A DNA stretch of 33,474 nucleotides, from the IMG/VR virus record IMGVR_UViG_3300025528_000004; one strand, written 5' to 3'. The DNA is from a virus. Positions 1 to 7,312 of the stretch are shown piece after piece. The position numbers were made by a program, and so were the translations under genes. The first letter of the stretch is position 1; every line of letters begins with the position of its first letter. The notes under the pieces were generated by a model. It worked only from the letters and a program-made list of their open reading frames with translations, searched no databases and was not told the origin of the DNA.

Positions 1-69
1 CCGCGCAGAAACTAAGGGAGGCGACGCGCAGGGGCGGTTAGCTCAGTTGGTAGAGCATCTCGCTTACAC
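1..69 (+). repeat. attL core: 69-bp direct repeat identical to 33406..33474
   Basis: Base-for-base identity by eye: ccgcgcagaaactaagggaggcgacgcgcaggggcggttagctcagttggtagagcatctcgcttacac. The repeat may extend left of the window. Confidence 0.9.
32..69 (+). pseudogene. Dead 5' fragment of tRNA-Val(TAC), acceptor 5' strand to anticodon loop
   Basis: GGGCGGT-TA-GCTC-AGTTGGTA-GAGC-A-TCTCG-CTTACAC. From position 70 the sequence is GGTGGCGCGAA, which cannot close the anticodon stem. Confidence 0.8.
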
Positions 70-103
70 GGTGGCGCGAATTTCTCCCCTAAATAGTTGA
101 ATC

Positions 104-1216
104 TCAAGAGATATTCTTGAAGCGTGCTTCCGGTATTTCGGGAGTATTTCGGGACTCTGCCTCGCCGCGCTCCATGGCCATCATCGCCTCATAGACCTCG
201 TCTTCGGTGGCGTGGGCATATTTCACGGTCGTCTTGATGTTGGTGTGGTCCAGTAGCAGCTGGGCGTGACGCAGGTTGCGCGAGGAGCGCAGCAGGCGCG
301 TGGCGGCTGTGTGCCGGAGGTCATGGATGCGGAAGTCGTCGATGCCAGCCTCGGCGCATGCCTGGGCATGGGCCTTGCGCAGTACGGTTGGGGTTAGCGG
401 ATAGCGCTCACCTTTGACGCGGGGCACTTTGGCCTTGGGGCCGCGAGCTTGGGTTTTTTCGCAGATGTAGGTGAATACGAAGGGGCCGACTCGGGGCTGT
501 CGTGCCAGCAGCGCAACCTCGTCCGGTGTCAGGCGCTTTGTGACGCGGCGAGCGGCTTCGCCTTGTCGCCGCTTGAGGGTGTACGTGATCAGTCCGCGCT
601 GCAGGTCCAGATCGGCCCACCGTAGCCCCATGAGGCCGGCACGCCGGATGCCGCGTTTGATGGCGAATCGGAAGAAGTCGACCAGATCTGGTCGCATGGC
701 GTTGAAATACCGCTGCTCCTCTTGGGGCGTCATCTCGCGGACCCGCTCTGGGCTGCGCGCATAGAACAGGGAGGTCCAAAGCGGCATCTCTCCCACATCT
801 CGGCCGAGGACTCTCGCTGCATAGCGCCACAGGGCGCGGATCACCTCCAGTTCGCGATTTACAGACGAATCAGAGACGCTGGCCCGGCGGGTCGCCGCGA
901 CTCGGGCGATGTCGGCTGTCGTGATCTCGCGCAGCAGGTTGGTGCGGCCAAGCGCCTCCACCCATAGCGCAAGGATATATTCCGTGGTGGAAGCGCTCGC
1001 CTGGTGTTGAGCGACATTGATCCAATAGAGGCCTGCGGCGTCATCAAGAGAGATCGACGGCTTTGCCTCTGGCAAAGCCGCCTCTCTCCGTTTCATGGCT
1101 TCGTACTGCCTGGCGTCCGTTTTCGACGTGCAGCCTGTAGAGCCGTAAAAGCGACGACCTTTGAACTGGAAGTCGTAGTGCCAGTACGGCGAGCCTTTTG
1201 GCTTGTAGAGCGACAC
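104..1216 (-). CDS. int: Tyrosine recombinase / phage integrase
   Basis: 370 aa. N-terminus MSLYKPKGSPYWHYDFQF is typical of phage integrases. C-terminal catalytic region contains HDLRHTAATRLL and TTVKYAH (R..HxxR..Y). Adjacent to att. Confidence 0.95.
   Translation of the reverse strand: MSLYKPKGSPYWHYDFQFKGRRFYGSTGCTSKTDARQYEAMKRREAALPEAKPSISLDDAAGLYWINVAQHQASASTTEYILALWVEALGRTNLLREITTADIARVAATRRASVSDSSVNRELEVIRALWRYAARVLGRDVGEMPLWTSLFYARSPERVREMTPQEEQRYFNAMRPDLVDFFRFAIKRGIRRAGLMGLRWADLDLQRGLITYTLKRRQGEAARRVTKRLTPDEVALLARQPRVGPFVFTYICEKTQARGPKAKVPRVKGERYPLTPTVLRKAHAQACAEAGIDDFRIHDLRHTAATRLLRSSRNLRHAQLLLDHTNIKTTVKYAHATEDEVYEAMMAMERGEAESRNTPEIPEARFKNIS
134..154 (+). promoter_or_regulatory. 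Candidate integrase arm-type sites (P' arm): TATTTCGGGA x2, 11-bp period
   Basis: TATTTCGGGA at 134..143 and 145..154, inside the int 3' end. The same decamer pair recurs at 33315..33335 on the other side of the core. Confidence 0.55.
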
Positions 1217-1401
1217 GGAGCGGCCTCTCGAGTCCCACGTTGCTTGTATTCGTCCAGATCAACTGGTTTGAAGGCGATTCGCCGGGGGCTGACCTGTACG
1301 TATCGGATGAGCCCTCGGGCGACAATTCTGCGGAGCGTACGCTCGCTGATGGTCAGCTCGCAAGCTGCCTGCTTGTAGGTCAACAACGGCTCTCTACTCA
1401 T
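1093..1401 (-). CDS. Excisionase-like HTH DNA-binding protein
   Basis: Internal start MSREPLLTYKQAACELTISERTLRRIVARGLIRYVQVSPRRIAFKPVDLDEY resembles the excisionase/MerR-type HTH_17 fold. Its ATG overlaps the upstream stop (ATGA). The 3' 124 nt overlap int in another frame, so the true stop and tail are uncertain. Confidence 0.6.
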   Translation of the reverse strand: MSREPLLTYKQAACELTISERTLRRIVARGLIRYVQVSPRRIAFKPVDLDEYKQRGTREAAPCRSTSQKARRTGTTTSSSKVVAFTALQAARRKRTPGSTKP

Positions 1402-1652
1402 GCCGTTTCCCTTGCTGCCTCCAGATGGTGCTCGGCCCATCCATCCATGATGTCCCCCCGGCTACGCGCGTTCGGGGTCTCGGAGAGCCAGTATTCCCAT
1501 CCGGTCAGGCGGCCGGAAGGTGTCTTGCTCGCAGGCACAATGCCGACTACATGGAGAATGATGCCTTCCCAGTCGGCACGCCAGTCGTCCGGCGCGCGCT
1601 CCTGGTCAACCTTGACCATGTCGCCGATGGAGAAACGGGGGCGGGCGTTCAT
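1398..1652 (-). CDS. Hypothetical early protein (84 aa)
   Basis: ORF in the early operon. Stop/start overlaps with both neighbours. Coding-like composition. Confidence 0.6.
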   Translation of the reverse strand: MNARPRFSIGDMVKVDQERAPDDWRADWEGIILHVVGIVPASKTPSGRLTGWEYWLSETPNARSRGDIMDGWAEHHLEAARETA

Positions 1653-2086
1653 GCTGCGCTCCTTCCTTCAATCAGGCCGCCGTCATTGGCAGCCGTACGC
1701 CGGGCCATGCGCAGCAGGCCGGGCGCAAGATCCGCGTGGACGCGCACCGGATGAGTGACGCCTGCGATGTCGGCCCACTGGCGGGGGGTCTTGTTGTCGT
1801 AGAGCACGTAGGTCTCGTGGATGACTTTGGCGTCGAGCCAGAGACCGTCCGGGCGTTGCTCAAGCCGCAGCTGGACGCCGAACCAGGCAACCGGAGCCGC
1901 CTTCACGATCGGCCCGCGGTTGATCCCGCCGCGCGCCGGAAACCCGGCGCTGCGCTCGGCCACATAGCGCCACTCGAAGATGCCAGGCTCGACCTGCCGG
2001 CCGATGACCGCCACCATCTGGGTCTGGGCTGCATCGTACTGGTCGATGATGACCAGGCGCGGGCTGGTGAGAGGGAGGGTGGTCAT
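1649..2086 (-). CDS. Hypothetical early protein (145 aa)
   Basis: Start taken at MTTLPLTSPRLVIID. The upstream part of the 283-aa track ORF is R/P/S-rich off-frame-like text. ATGA overlap with the upstream gene at 2083..2086. Confidence 0.65.
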   Translation of the reverse strand: MTTLPLTSPRLVIIDQYDAAQTQMVAVIGRQVEPGIFEWRYVAERSAGFPARGGINRGPIVKAAPVAWFGVQLRLEQRPDGLWLDAKVIHETYVLYDNKTPRQWADIAGVTHPVRVHADLAPGLLRMARRTAANDGGLIEGRSAA

Positions 2087-2442
2087 GCCGGGACCTCCTC
2101 GCCGCCGGTTGCCTTCTGGCTCTGCGTCAGGGCTTCCCGGATCTTGCAGGCGCAGGTGAGCGCCAGCTCCTGCTGGCGGCGCGAGGCGAGGGCGAAGGGC
2201 GCTGCATAGATGGTCTGGGTGATCTGGTCGGCGATCAGTTCCAGCTCGGCGCTGGCCGGTGAAACGGTCATGTCGAAATCCTCCAGGCAATCGGGGCAAA
2301 AGGGCAGGGCGCGGGGCTGCCGCCAGCCACCTGGAAGCCTGGCATGGGTCAGGAATCCCTGCCGGTTGTGCTTCAGGATGAGACGGCCGGTCGCGCCGCA
2401 ACCGGCGCAACGGACGCGGGTGAGGGCTTCGGCGGCGGTCAC
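2083..2442 (-). CDS. Hypothetical 4-Cys zinc-ribbon protein (about 119 aa, GTG start)
   Basis: VTAAEALTRVRCAGCG...FCPDCLEDF gives CxxC..CxxC. The GTG start overlaps the upstream stop (GTGA at 2439..2442). Confidence 0.5.
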   Translation of the reverse strand: MTAAEALTRVRCAGCGATGRLILKHNRQGFLTHARLPGGWRQPRALPFCPDCLEDFDMTVSPASAELELIADQITQTIYAAPFALASRRQQELALTCACKIREALTQSQKATGGEEVPA

Positions 2443-2729
2443 GGCTGGTGCTTTCGGATGGTGACAGCCGGCGTGGGCTGGGCGAGGGCGGCCTGCACAA
2501 TGTCCACGGCCTGCTCGGCCGTCAGCAGGCGCAGCATGGTCTCGCACCAGAGCTCGACCGGCAGGCCGTTGTGGTGAGTGGCCTCACCCCACGAATAGGT
2601 GATCTCCACTTTGGTGCGGTCGGCAAACCAGCCGATGATGGCGAGGGCCGGGCGCTGTGCGTCGTCGTGGTCGAGCATGGCGCAGACGAGCAGGCCGTTG
2701 GGCCCGGGAAAGGTGCGGGAGCTGGTCAT
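2439..2729 (-). CDS. Hypothetical early protein (96 aa)
   Basis: ORF with overlapping stop/start on both sides. No recognisable motif. Confidence 0.6.
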   Translation of the reverse strand: MTSSRTFPGPNGLLVCAMLDHDDAQRPALAIIGWFADRTKVEITYSWGEATHHNGLPVELWCETMLRLLTAEQAVDIVQAALAQPTPAVTIRKHQP

Positions 2730-2917
2730 GCGGACATCCTTTCAAGCAAGGCTGCGACGACGACGGCGATGCCGAGCGCAAGCTTCATCGGCAGGGCGCG
2801 GCTGCCTTCCGGCTCGCGCCGCAGGCGAACGGTGACGGCGGGCGCATCCAGCGTCGGCATGGTGGTGTCGCGTTCGAGCTGGCGGCGGGCGTGGTAACGG
2901 TGGAACGGCTCACGCAT
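2726..2917 (-). CDS. Small putative membrane protein (63 aa)
   Basis: Start at MREPFHRY. C-terminal hydrophobic stretch LALGIAVVVAALL. Overlaps neighbours by 4-8 nt. Confidence 0.4.
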   Translation of the reverse strand: MREPFHRYHARRQLERDTTMPTLDAPAVTVRLRREPEGSRALPMKLALGIAVVVAALLERMSA

Positions 2918-3302
2918 GTTCCATCCCCAGCGCCGCGTAGTAGGTCTCCAGCAGGGCCTCGGCTTCCTGCCGCTTGTGGGCATCCATGCGGCGCAGCCGG
3001 ATGATCTGGCGCATGGTCTTGATGTCGAAGCCCTGGGCTTTCGCCTCGGCGTAGACCTCCTTGATGTCGTCCAGGAGGCTGCTTTTCTCCGCCTCCAGAT
3101 GCTCGATGCGCTCGACCAGCTGGCGCAGGAGGTCCGCGGCGACGACCTCGCCGCCCTCCGACTGGACGATGGTCTGGCTCTGGATAGGGTCGGGCCGGGG
3201 TGCCTTGCCCTTTTTCGCCGGGGCAGGGACCATGCGGCAGACGAGGCGGAACCCTCCCTGACCATCCGGCTCTTCAACGAATTTTTCGATCATTTCTGCC
3301 AT
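2910..3302 (-). CDS. GapR-like / DUF2312 (UPF0335) DNA-binding protein with N-terminal extension
   Basis: C-terminal 80 aa LRQLVERIEHLEAEKSSLLDDIKEVYAEAKAQGFDIKTMRQIIRLRRMDAHKRQEAEALLETYYAALGM matches my recollection of the GapR/DUF2312 signature. Confidence 0.8.
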   Translation of the reverse strand: MAEMIEKFVEEPDGQGGFRLVCRMVPAPAKKGKAPRPDPIQSQTIVQSEGGEVVAADLLRQLVERIEHLEAEKSSLLDDIKEVYAEAKAQGFDIKTMRQIIRLRRMDAHKRQEAEALLETYYAALGMEHA

Positions 3303-3314
3303 GGAAAATCTCCA

Positions 3315-5984
3315 TCAACGGCCCTGCTGCGGGCGCTCGAAACACCAGCAGAGGACAGTTTTTCCGGTGACTGAGTTGACAGGCTTCACGCCGAGGAACT
3401 TGCGGCTCTTGCTGGCTTTCAGCAGGCGCTTCAGTTCGGTCATGGGCGGAAGTGAAAGGCGCAGGTCGCCGCACTTCTGCTCAAACTGCACGAGGTTGAT
3501 CGCGATGGTGTCATCGCGGCGGCTGTGATTGATTGGGGTCAAGGTCTCGGGGAGTTGATTTGACTCGAGCCAGTCGAACCGCTCCCAGAACAGCTCGACA
3601 TGCGGGTGGTCACTTTCAACGGCCCGCTGCCGCTCGATCAGCATGGCGTGGATCAGTTCGTGTGCAGCCTGAACATCGCGGTCGTGCAGGTTGGTGATGA
3701 CAACGCGCATGGCATCAAGCATCGCCGACAGCTGGGCATGGTTCTTGGCGAGACGGCCATTGCGGACGCCGTTCTGGCCCAGCATGTCCGCTTCGTGTTT
3801 GGCGAACCGCTGGCGATAGATCTCCATCACCTTCTGCTCGGCGCAGGCGGCGTGAACGATGAAGCCGCTGACGCTTTCCATCGGCATGCGGGCCAGCCGG
3901 TGGGCGGCGGCCTTGGTCTCCGGCCCCCAGCCGGTTTTGTCGAAATGCAGCCCCATGATGCGCTCGCGCAGCGCGGGGGAGGCCTCAACCGGGTCGTTCT
4001 GGACGATGGCGATGGCGGCCCGGAACGGCGGCTCGAAGGTTTCCATGCCCGCGTTGGCAATGGCCCGGGTGCGGACGGCGCGGCCGTTGTAGGCGGTTTT
4101 CAGCTCGTCCCACTCGAAGCGCCGGGCATGAGGCGTTTCCTGGTTGCGGTCACCCTCGATCAGCACGACCGGCATGTTCGCAACCTGACCCAGCGTGCGG
4201 GCGATGCCGGCGCTGGTCGCCTTGGTGGGGTCGAATCCCTCGTAGTTGGCGCGGCCGAACAGTTTCCAGAGGAACTCGATGATGGTGGTCTTGCCGGTGC
4301 CCGGCGGGCCGGTCATTTCGAGGAAGCCGAGGCTGTCCTGTTCGGCGCGCAGCTGCTCGGCGAACAGCGACATGAACCAGAAGGCCAGCGTCACCAGCCC
4401 CTTGGGGCCATAGGCCGTGACCAGGAGCGGCACCCACTGGAGCGGCACTTCATCCGGGTTGTAGTCGATGTTCAGGATGCGTTCGGCCGTGCGCAGCTTC
4501 ACCGCACGCTTCGAGAGCTCGAAGTAGTCCTCGGCGTTGGGGTAGTAGACCCGTCCCTTGTGAACGGCGATGTCGCCGAAGATGTAGGCTTCGTGCTCGA
4601 TGGAATAGCCGGTGAACGGGATCGCCTCGACGACCCGAATGTTGGCCCACTGGCGCTGCATCAGCCGGTCCAGCTGCTGCGTGGTGCCGGTCCACTGAGC
4701 GCCGGGGGCGACGGCCGCCAGCTTCTTCTTGAACTCGCTGCCGGCGGTCAGAGCCCCGCCGGGGAAGGCGGCCTTCACGGTCTCGCGGGCCGGGAAGTCG
4801 ATGCGGACGTAGTAGGCGCCCTCGTCGATGTTCGGGTCGCGCTGGTAGTAGAGCGTGCGGAAGGTGCAGTTGGCGATTTCGGAGATCTCCATCGCCTGCT
4901 GTTCCGCCATCTTCCGCAGCTCGGGCTGGGGCAGGTGGGCGTAGTGCGCGTCGGCGGCGAGGGCGGTGAAGATCTCGTTGGCCTTGTCGGCCGAGGTCTT
5001 GGCCCAGTACAGGCGGCCGCCGAAGGTGAATGGAAACTGCGTATAGCGGTGGCGCTGGAAGATCAGGTTGGCCTTGGCCACTGCGCTCGGCGCGATGGTG
5101 ACCTCGCCGTTCCAGCGGTACTCCTCGATGTGCTCCGGGCCGAGCCGGTCGCGTTGCAGCAGGTCGTTCCAGTCCAGCTTGTCGCCCTCGCCATCGGGCA
5201 GCACCTGCGCCGCGCCGCAGGTCCAGCCCTCCTCGCGGGCGCGGGCGACAAACTTGCGGGTGTACTCGACGCCGGCCCGGCCGACGTCGAAGGCCCAGAT
5301 CAGCCTGGGCCCGGCCTTGCCCAGTTCGGCCGCGGCCCGCCGCAGATCGGCCAAGGCAGCCTCGGGGTAGTTGTTGCAGGACATGAGCGAGACGGCGTGC
5401 AGGCCCGCCTGGGCGAGCGCGGCGGCGTCGAAGATGCCCTCGGCGAGCCAGATTTCATCCGCCTGCGCGAGGTCCGCCATGGTCGCGCCCGGCATGGACC
5501 ACCAGTAGCCGCGGTAGCTCTTGCCCGGCGCAAAGCGGGCTTTCCTGTCGAACCGGCCGGGCTGGTCGATCAGGCGTTCCCACCAGCCGCCGCCGGGCAG
5601 GGCGAAGCGCACGGTGGCCGAGGCAATGCGGCGGTCGGGGTCGTAGTAGGTCTCCTGCGTGTAGGCGCCCTTCAGGCGCTGGATGTCGAGTCCGCGGGCG
5701 TATTGCAGATAGGCGTCGGCAGTGGCGGTTGGATTGCTTTCGGTCGGCTTGAAGCGGCGGGACCAGTCATCGAACAGGTCCGCGTACAGATCCTTGACGT
5801 GGCCCTCCCAGGCGCACTTTTCGAGACGGCCGCAGCGCACCACCCAAGGCCGTTCGCCGTGGGTGTACAGCTCCCGCTTGCCGCACTGGGGGCACTTGCC
5901 TTCGCGCAGCCATTCGCCGCGGTCGCGGAAATGATAGTCCGCGATCAGGCGCCGCCGTACATCCTGGAGGAGATCTTCACGCAT
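3315..5984 (-). CDS. Replication protein: zinc-finger + TOPRIM primase fused to P-loop (SF3/D5-like) helicase, P4-alpha-like architecture
   Basis: 889 aa. CPQCGKRELYTH..RCGRLEKC zinc motif, EIWLAEGIFDAAAL TOPRIM-like acidic motif, Walker A MTGPPGTGKTT, and a C-terminal tail of about 120 aa. Confidence 0.85.
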   Translation of the reverse strand: MREDLLQDVRRRLIADYHFRDRGEWLREGKCPQCGKRELYTHGERPWVVRCGRLEKCAWEGHVKDLYADLFDDWSRRFKPTESNPTATADAYLQYARGLDIQRLKGAYTQETYYDPDRRIASATVRFALPGGGWWERLIDQPGRFDRKARFAPGKSYRGYWWSMPGATMADLAQADEIWLAEGIFDAAALAQAGLHAVSLMSCNNYPEAALADLRRAAAELGKAGPRLIWAFDVGRAGVEYTRKFVARAREEGWTCGAAQVLPDGEGDKLDWNDLLQRDRLGPEHIEEYRWNGEVTIAPSAVAKANLIFQRHRYTQFPFTFGGRLYWAKTSADKANEIFTALAADAHYAHLPQPELRKMAEQQAMEISEIANCTFRTLYYQRDPNIDEGAYYVRIDFPARETVKAAFPGGALTAGSEFKKKLAAVAPGAQWTGTTQQLDRLMQRQWANIRVVEAIPFTGYSIEHEAYIFGDIAVHKGRVYYPNAEDYFELSKRAVKLRTAERILNIDYNPDEVPLQWVPLLVTAYGPKGLVTLAFWFMSLFAEQLRAEQDSLGFLEMTGPPGTGKTTIIEFLWKLFGRANYEGFDPTKATSAGIARTLGQVANMPVVLIEGDRNQETPHARRFEWDELKTAYNGRAVRTRAIANAGMETFEPPFRAAIAIVQNDPVEASPALRERIMGLHFDKTGWGPETKAAAHRLARMPMESVSGFIVHAACAEQKVMEIYRQRFAKHEADMLGQNGVRNGRLAKNHAQLSAMLDAMRVVITNLHDRDVQAAHELIHAMLIERQRAVESDHPHVELFWERFDWLESNQLPETLTPINHSRRDDTIAINLVQFEQKCGDLRLSLPPMTELKRLLKASKSRKFLGVKPVNSVTGKTVLCWCFERPQQGR

Positions 5985-6083
5985 TATCGGGTCGCTTCAG
6001 GCAAGGTTTGTCCGTTCCCGGTCGCGGGGGCGGCCGGGCTGCATGTTCTGGTGATGGCATCAGGTGGGTGTGCGCCGACCTGG

Positions 6084-6407
6084 TCAGCCGGAGCTGCTCA
6101 GCCTCGCGCTGGCGGCAGGCGGCTGCGGCACCGGCCTGTCGTCGTTTGCCGGAGGAGGAATGCGGTCATTCGCAGCGCGGTAGCTGGTGATCGGCAGCTG
6201 CACCTCGGGGTTGGGCATGGCGGACGGGCGGATGGTGCGCAGGATGACCATGCCCACCACAAACACGTGGCCGCAGGCCAGCTCTTCGCGGCAGTGGTAG
6301 TAGACCTCGCGGTAGGTCGTGTCGGACTTTCCTCCGGTGCGGGCGAATGCCTTGCTGCCGCAGTGCGGGCAGCGAATGTAGGGCAGGCGCGGGGCGGAGC
6401 GTTTCAT
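6084..6407 (-). CDS. ogr: Ogr/Delta-family zinc-finger late-gene activator
   Basis: MKRSAPRLPYIRCPHCGSKAFARTGGKSDTTYREVYYHCREELACGHVF has the same C-x2-C...C-x4-C pattern and context as P2 Ogr. Confidence 0.85.
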   Translation of the reverse strand: MKRSAPRLPYIRCPHCGSKAFARTGGKSDTTYREVYYHCREELACGHVFVVGMVILRTIRPSAMPNPEVQLPITSYRAANDRIPPPANDDRPVPQPPAASARLSSSG

Positions 6408-6895
6408 CAGGCGGCCTCCAGATCCGGGTGTTTCGGGGTCATGCCGAGGGCGACAAGGCTCTTGTTCAGTGCTTCGACGGCCTCGACGATTTCGGCCGCA
6501 GCCCGTGCCTTGTCGTTCGGGCTGGCATGCGGGGAGGCCGCCAGGACCAGGGCGTGCATGGCCTCGCCGGTCTCCTTGGCTGCTGCTGCCGTGGTGCGGA
6601 TCAGGCAGGGCTGGTGCAGGCGGGCCTGTTCGACCTCGCGTTCCAGCTGGAGCGCATAGGCGTCGAACAGGGGCGTGCCAATGCCGCCGGCGGCCCTGTA
6701 GGCGAGGTCCAGCGTCAGGGCGTCGTCTATGGAAATGGTGGGGCTGGTGTCTGGGTCGGACCAGTTGCGGATCGTGCGTTCCGCCACCTTGCGGCCGTTC
6801 GTGCTGAGTGCCGACGCGCAGCCGTCCCAGCCGATCTGGCCGGCGATCCGAGTGATGGCGTCGTGGAAAGACGCAGGCGGGCGAACCTTCGTCAT
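6407..6895 (-). CDS. Phage regulatory protein, CII/CP76-like
   Basis: Start at MTKVRPPASF (ATGA overlap with the cro-like stop). ERTIRNWSDPDTSPTISIDDALTLDL resembles the 186 CP76-family core as I recall it. Confidence 0.55.
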   Translation of the reverse strand: MTKVRPPASFHDAITRIAGQIGWDGCASALSTNGRKVAERTIRNWSDPDTSPTISIDDALTLDLAYRAAGGIGTPLFDAYALQLEREVEQARLHQPCLIRTTAAAAKETGEAMHALVLAASPHASPNDKARAAAEIVEAVEALNKSLVALGMTPKHPDLEAA

Positions 6896-7227
6896 GCCCG
6901 GTTCTCCAATGCGAAAGCGGTGGTTGAAGCGGGTTGCAATTTCGCGCGGTGATCGCACGAGCCTTGCTCGCCGGCGGCTGCTACCGTCTTGCTGTCAGCA
7001 GCGGGAAGCAGGTCGACGGGGTAGATGTCCGGCCGCAGCAGGTGGCGGGAGACGCCTGTAGTTTGCTCGGCTTTCAAGACATACTCAGCGGGAAGAACCT
7101 TCCTGCTTTGGAGCCACTTCCAAACGGTCGATTGCTTCACGCCAATGAATTTGGCGAATGTGGTCTGGGAGCCAGCGCGGCTTACCGCCATCTGTAGTGC
7201 TTCTGAAGGGGATGGGTTATTCCTCAT
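6892..7227 (-). CDS. Cro-like HTH regulator (YdaS/Cro type), first gene of the leftward early operon
   Basis: SQTTFAKFIGVKQSTVWKWLQSRKVLPAEYVLKAEQTTG HTH. Divergent from the repressor genes across the operator region. Confidence 0.7.
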   Translation of the reverse strand: MRNNPSPSEALQMAVSRAGSQTTFAKFIGVKQSTVWKWLQSRKVLPAEYVLKAEQTTGVSRHLLRPDIYPVDLLPAADSKTVAAAGEQGSCDHRAKLQPASTTAFALENRA

Positions 7228-7239
7228 GTGTGCAGAGAT

Positions 7240-7253
7240 ATTCCAATTGGAAT
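7240..7253. promoter_or_regulatory. Operator-like perfect palindrome ATTCCAATTGGAAT
   Basis: Lies in the 85-bp AT-rich divergent region between the cro-like ATG (7227) and the repressor ATG (7313). Confidence 0.55.
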
Positions 7254-7287
7254 TAACTCGTCAAGTGCATATTGAGGGTGGTGTGTT

Positions 7288-7301
7288 ATTCCGCTTGGAA
7301 T
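7288..7301. promoter_or_regulatory. Second operator-like site ATTCCGCTTGGAAT (ATTCC-N4-GGAAT)
   Basis: Same half-sites as 7240..7253, centre-to-centre 48 bp. An extra ATTCC half-site lies at 7219..7223. Confidence 0.5.
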
Positions 7302-7312
7302 AATGTGCGGAT

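Noticed and set aside
2087-2500. Upstream 138 codons of the 283-aa ORF 1649..2500, and likewise 11266..11919 of ORF 10858..11919 and 2918..3277 of ORF 2726..3277
   Set aside because: These are R/P/S-rich off-frame-like sequence overlapping better-supported genes in other frames. Internal ATGs with stop-start coupling or an SD give proteins that match known family N-termini.
3600-6659. 1019-aa plus-strand ORF, the longest in the track
   Set aside because: It is antisense to the primase-helicase, ogr and part of the CII-like gene. The translation is low-complexity G/A/R/V/L-rich text with no motifs, typical of stop-poor antisense frames in high-GC DNA. The same applies to 14476..16065, 11376..12494, 27373..28530, 28361..29416, 24770..25657 and the many 60-250 aa R/P/S/A-rich overlapping ORFs.
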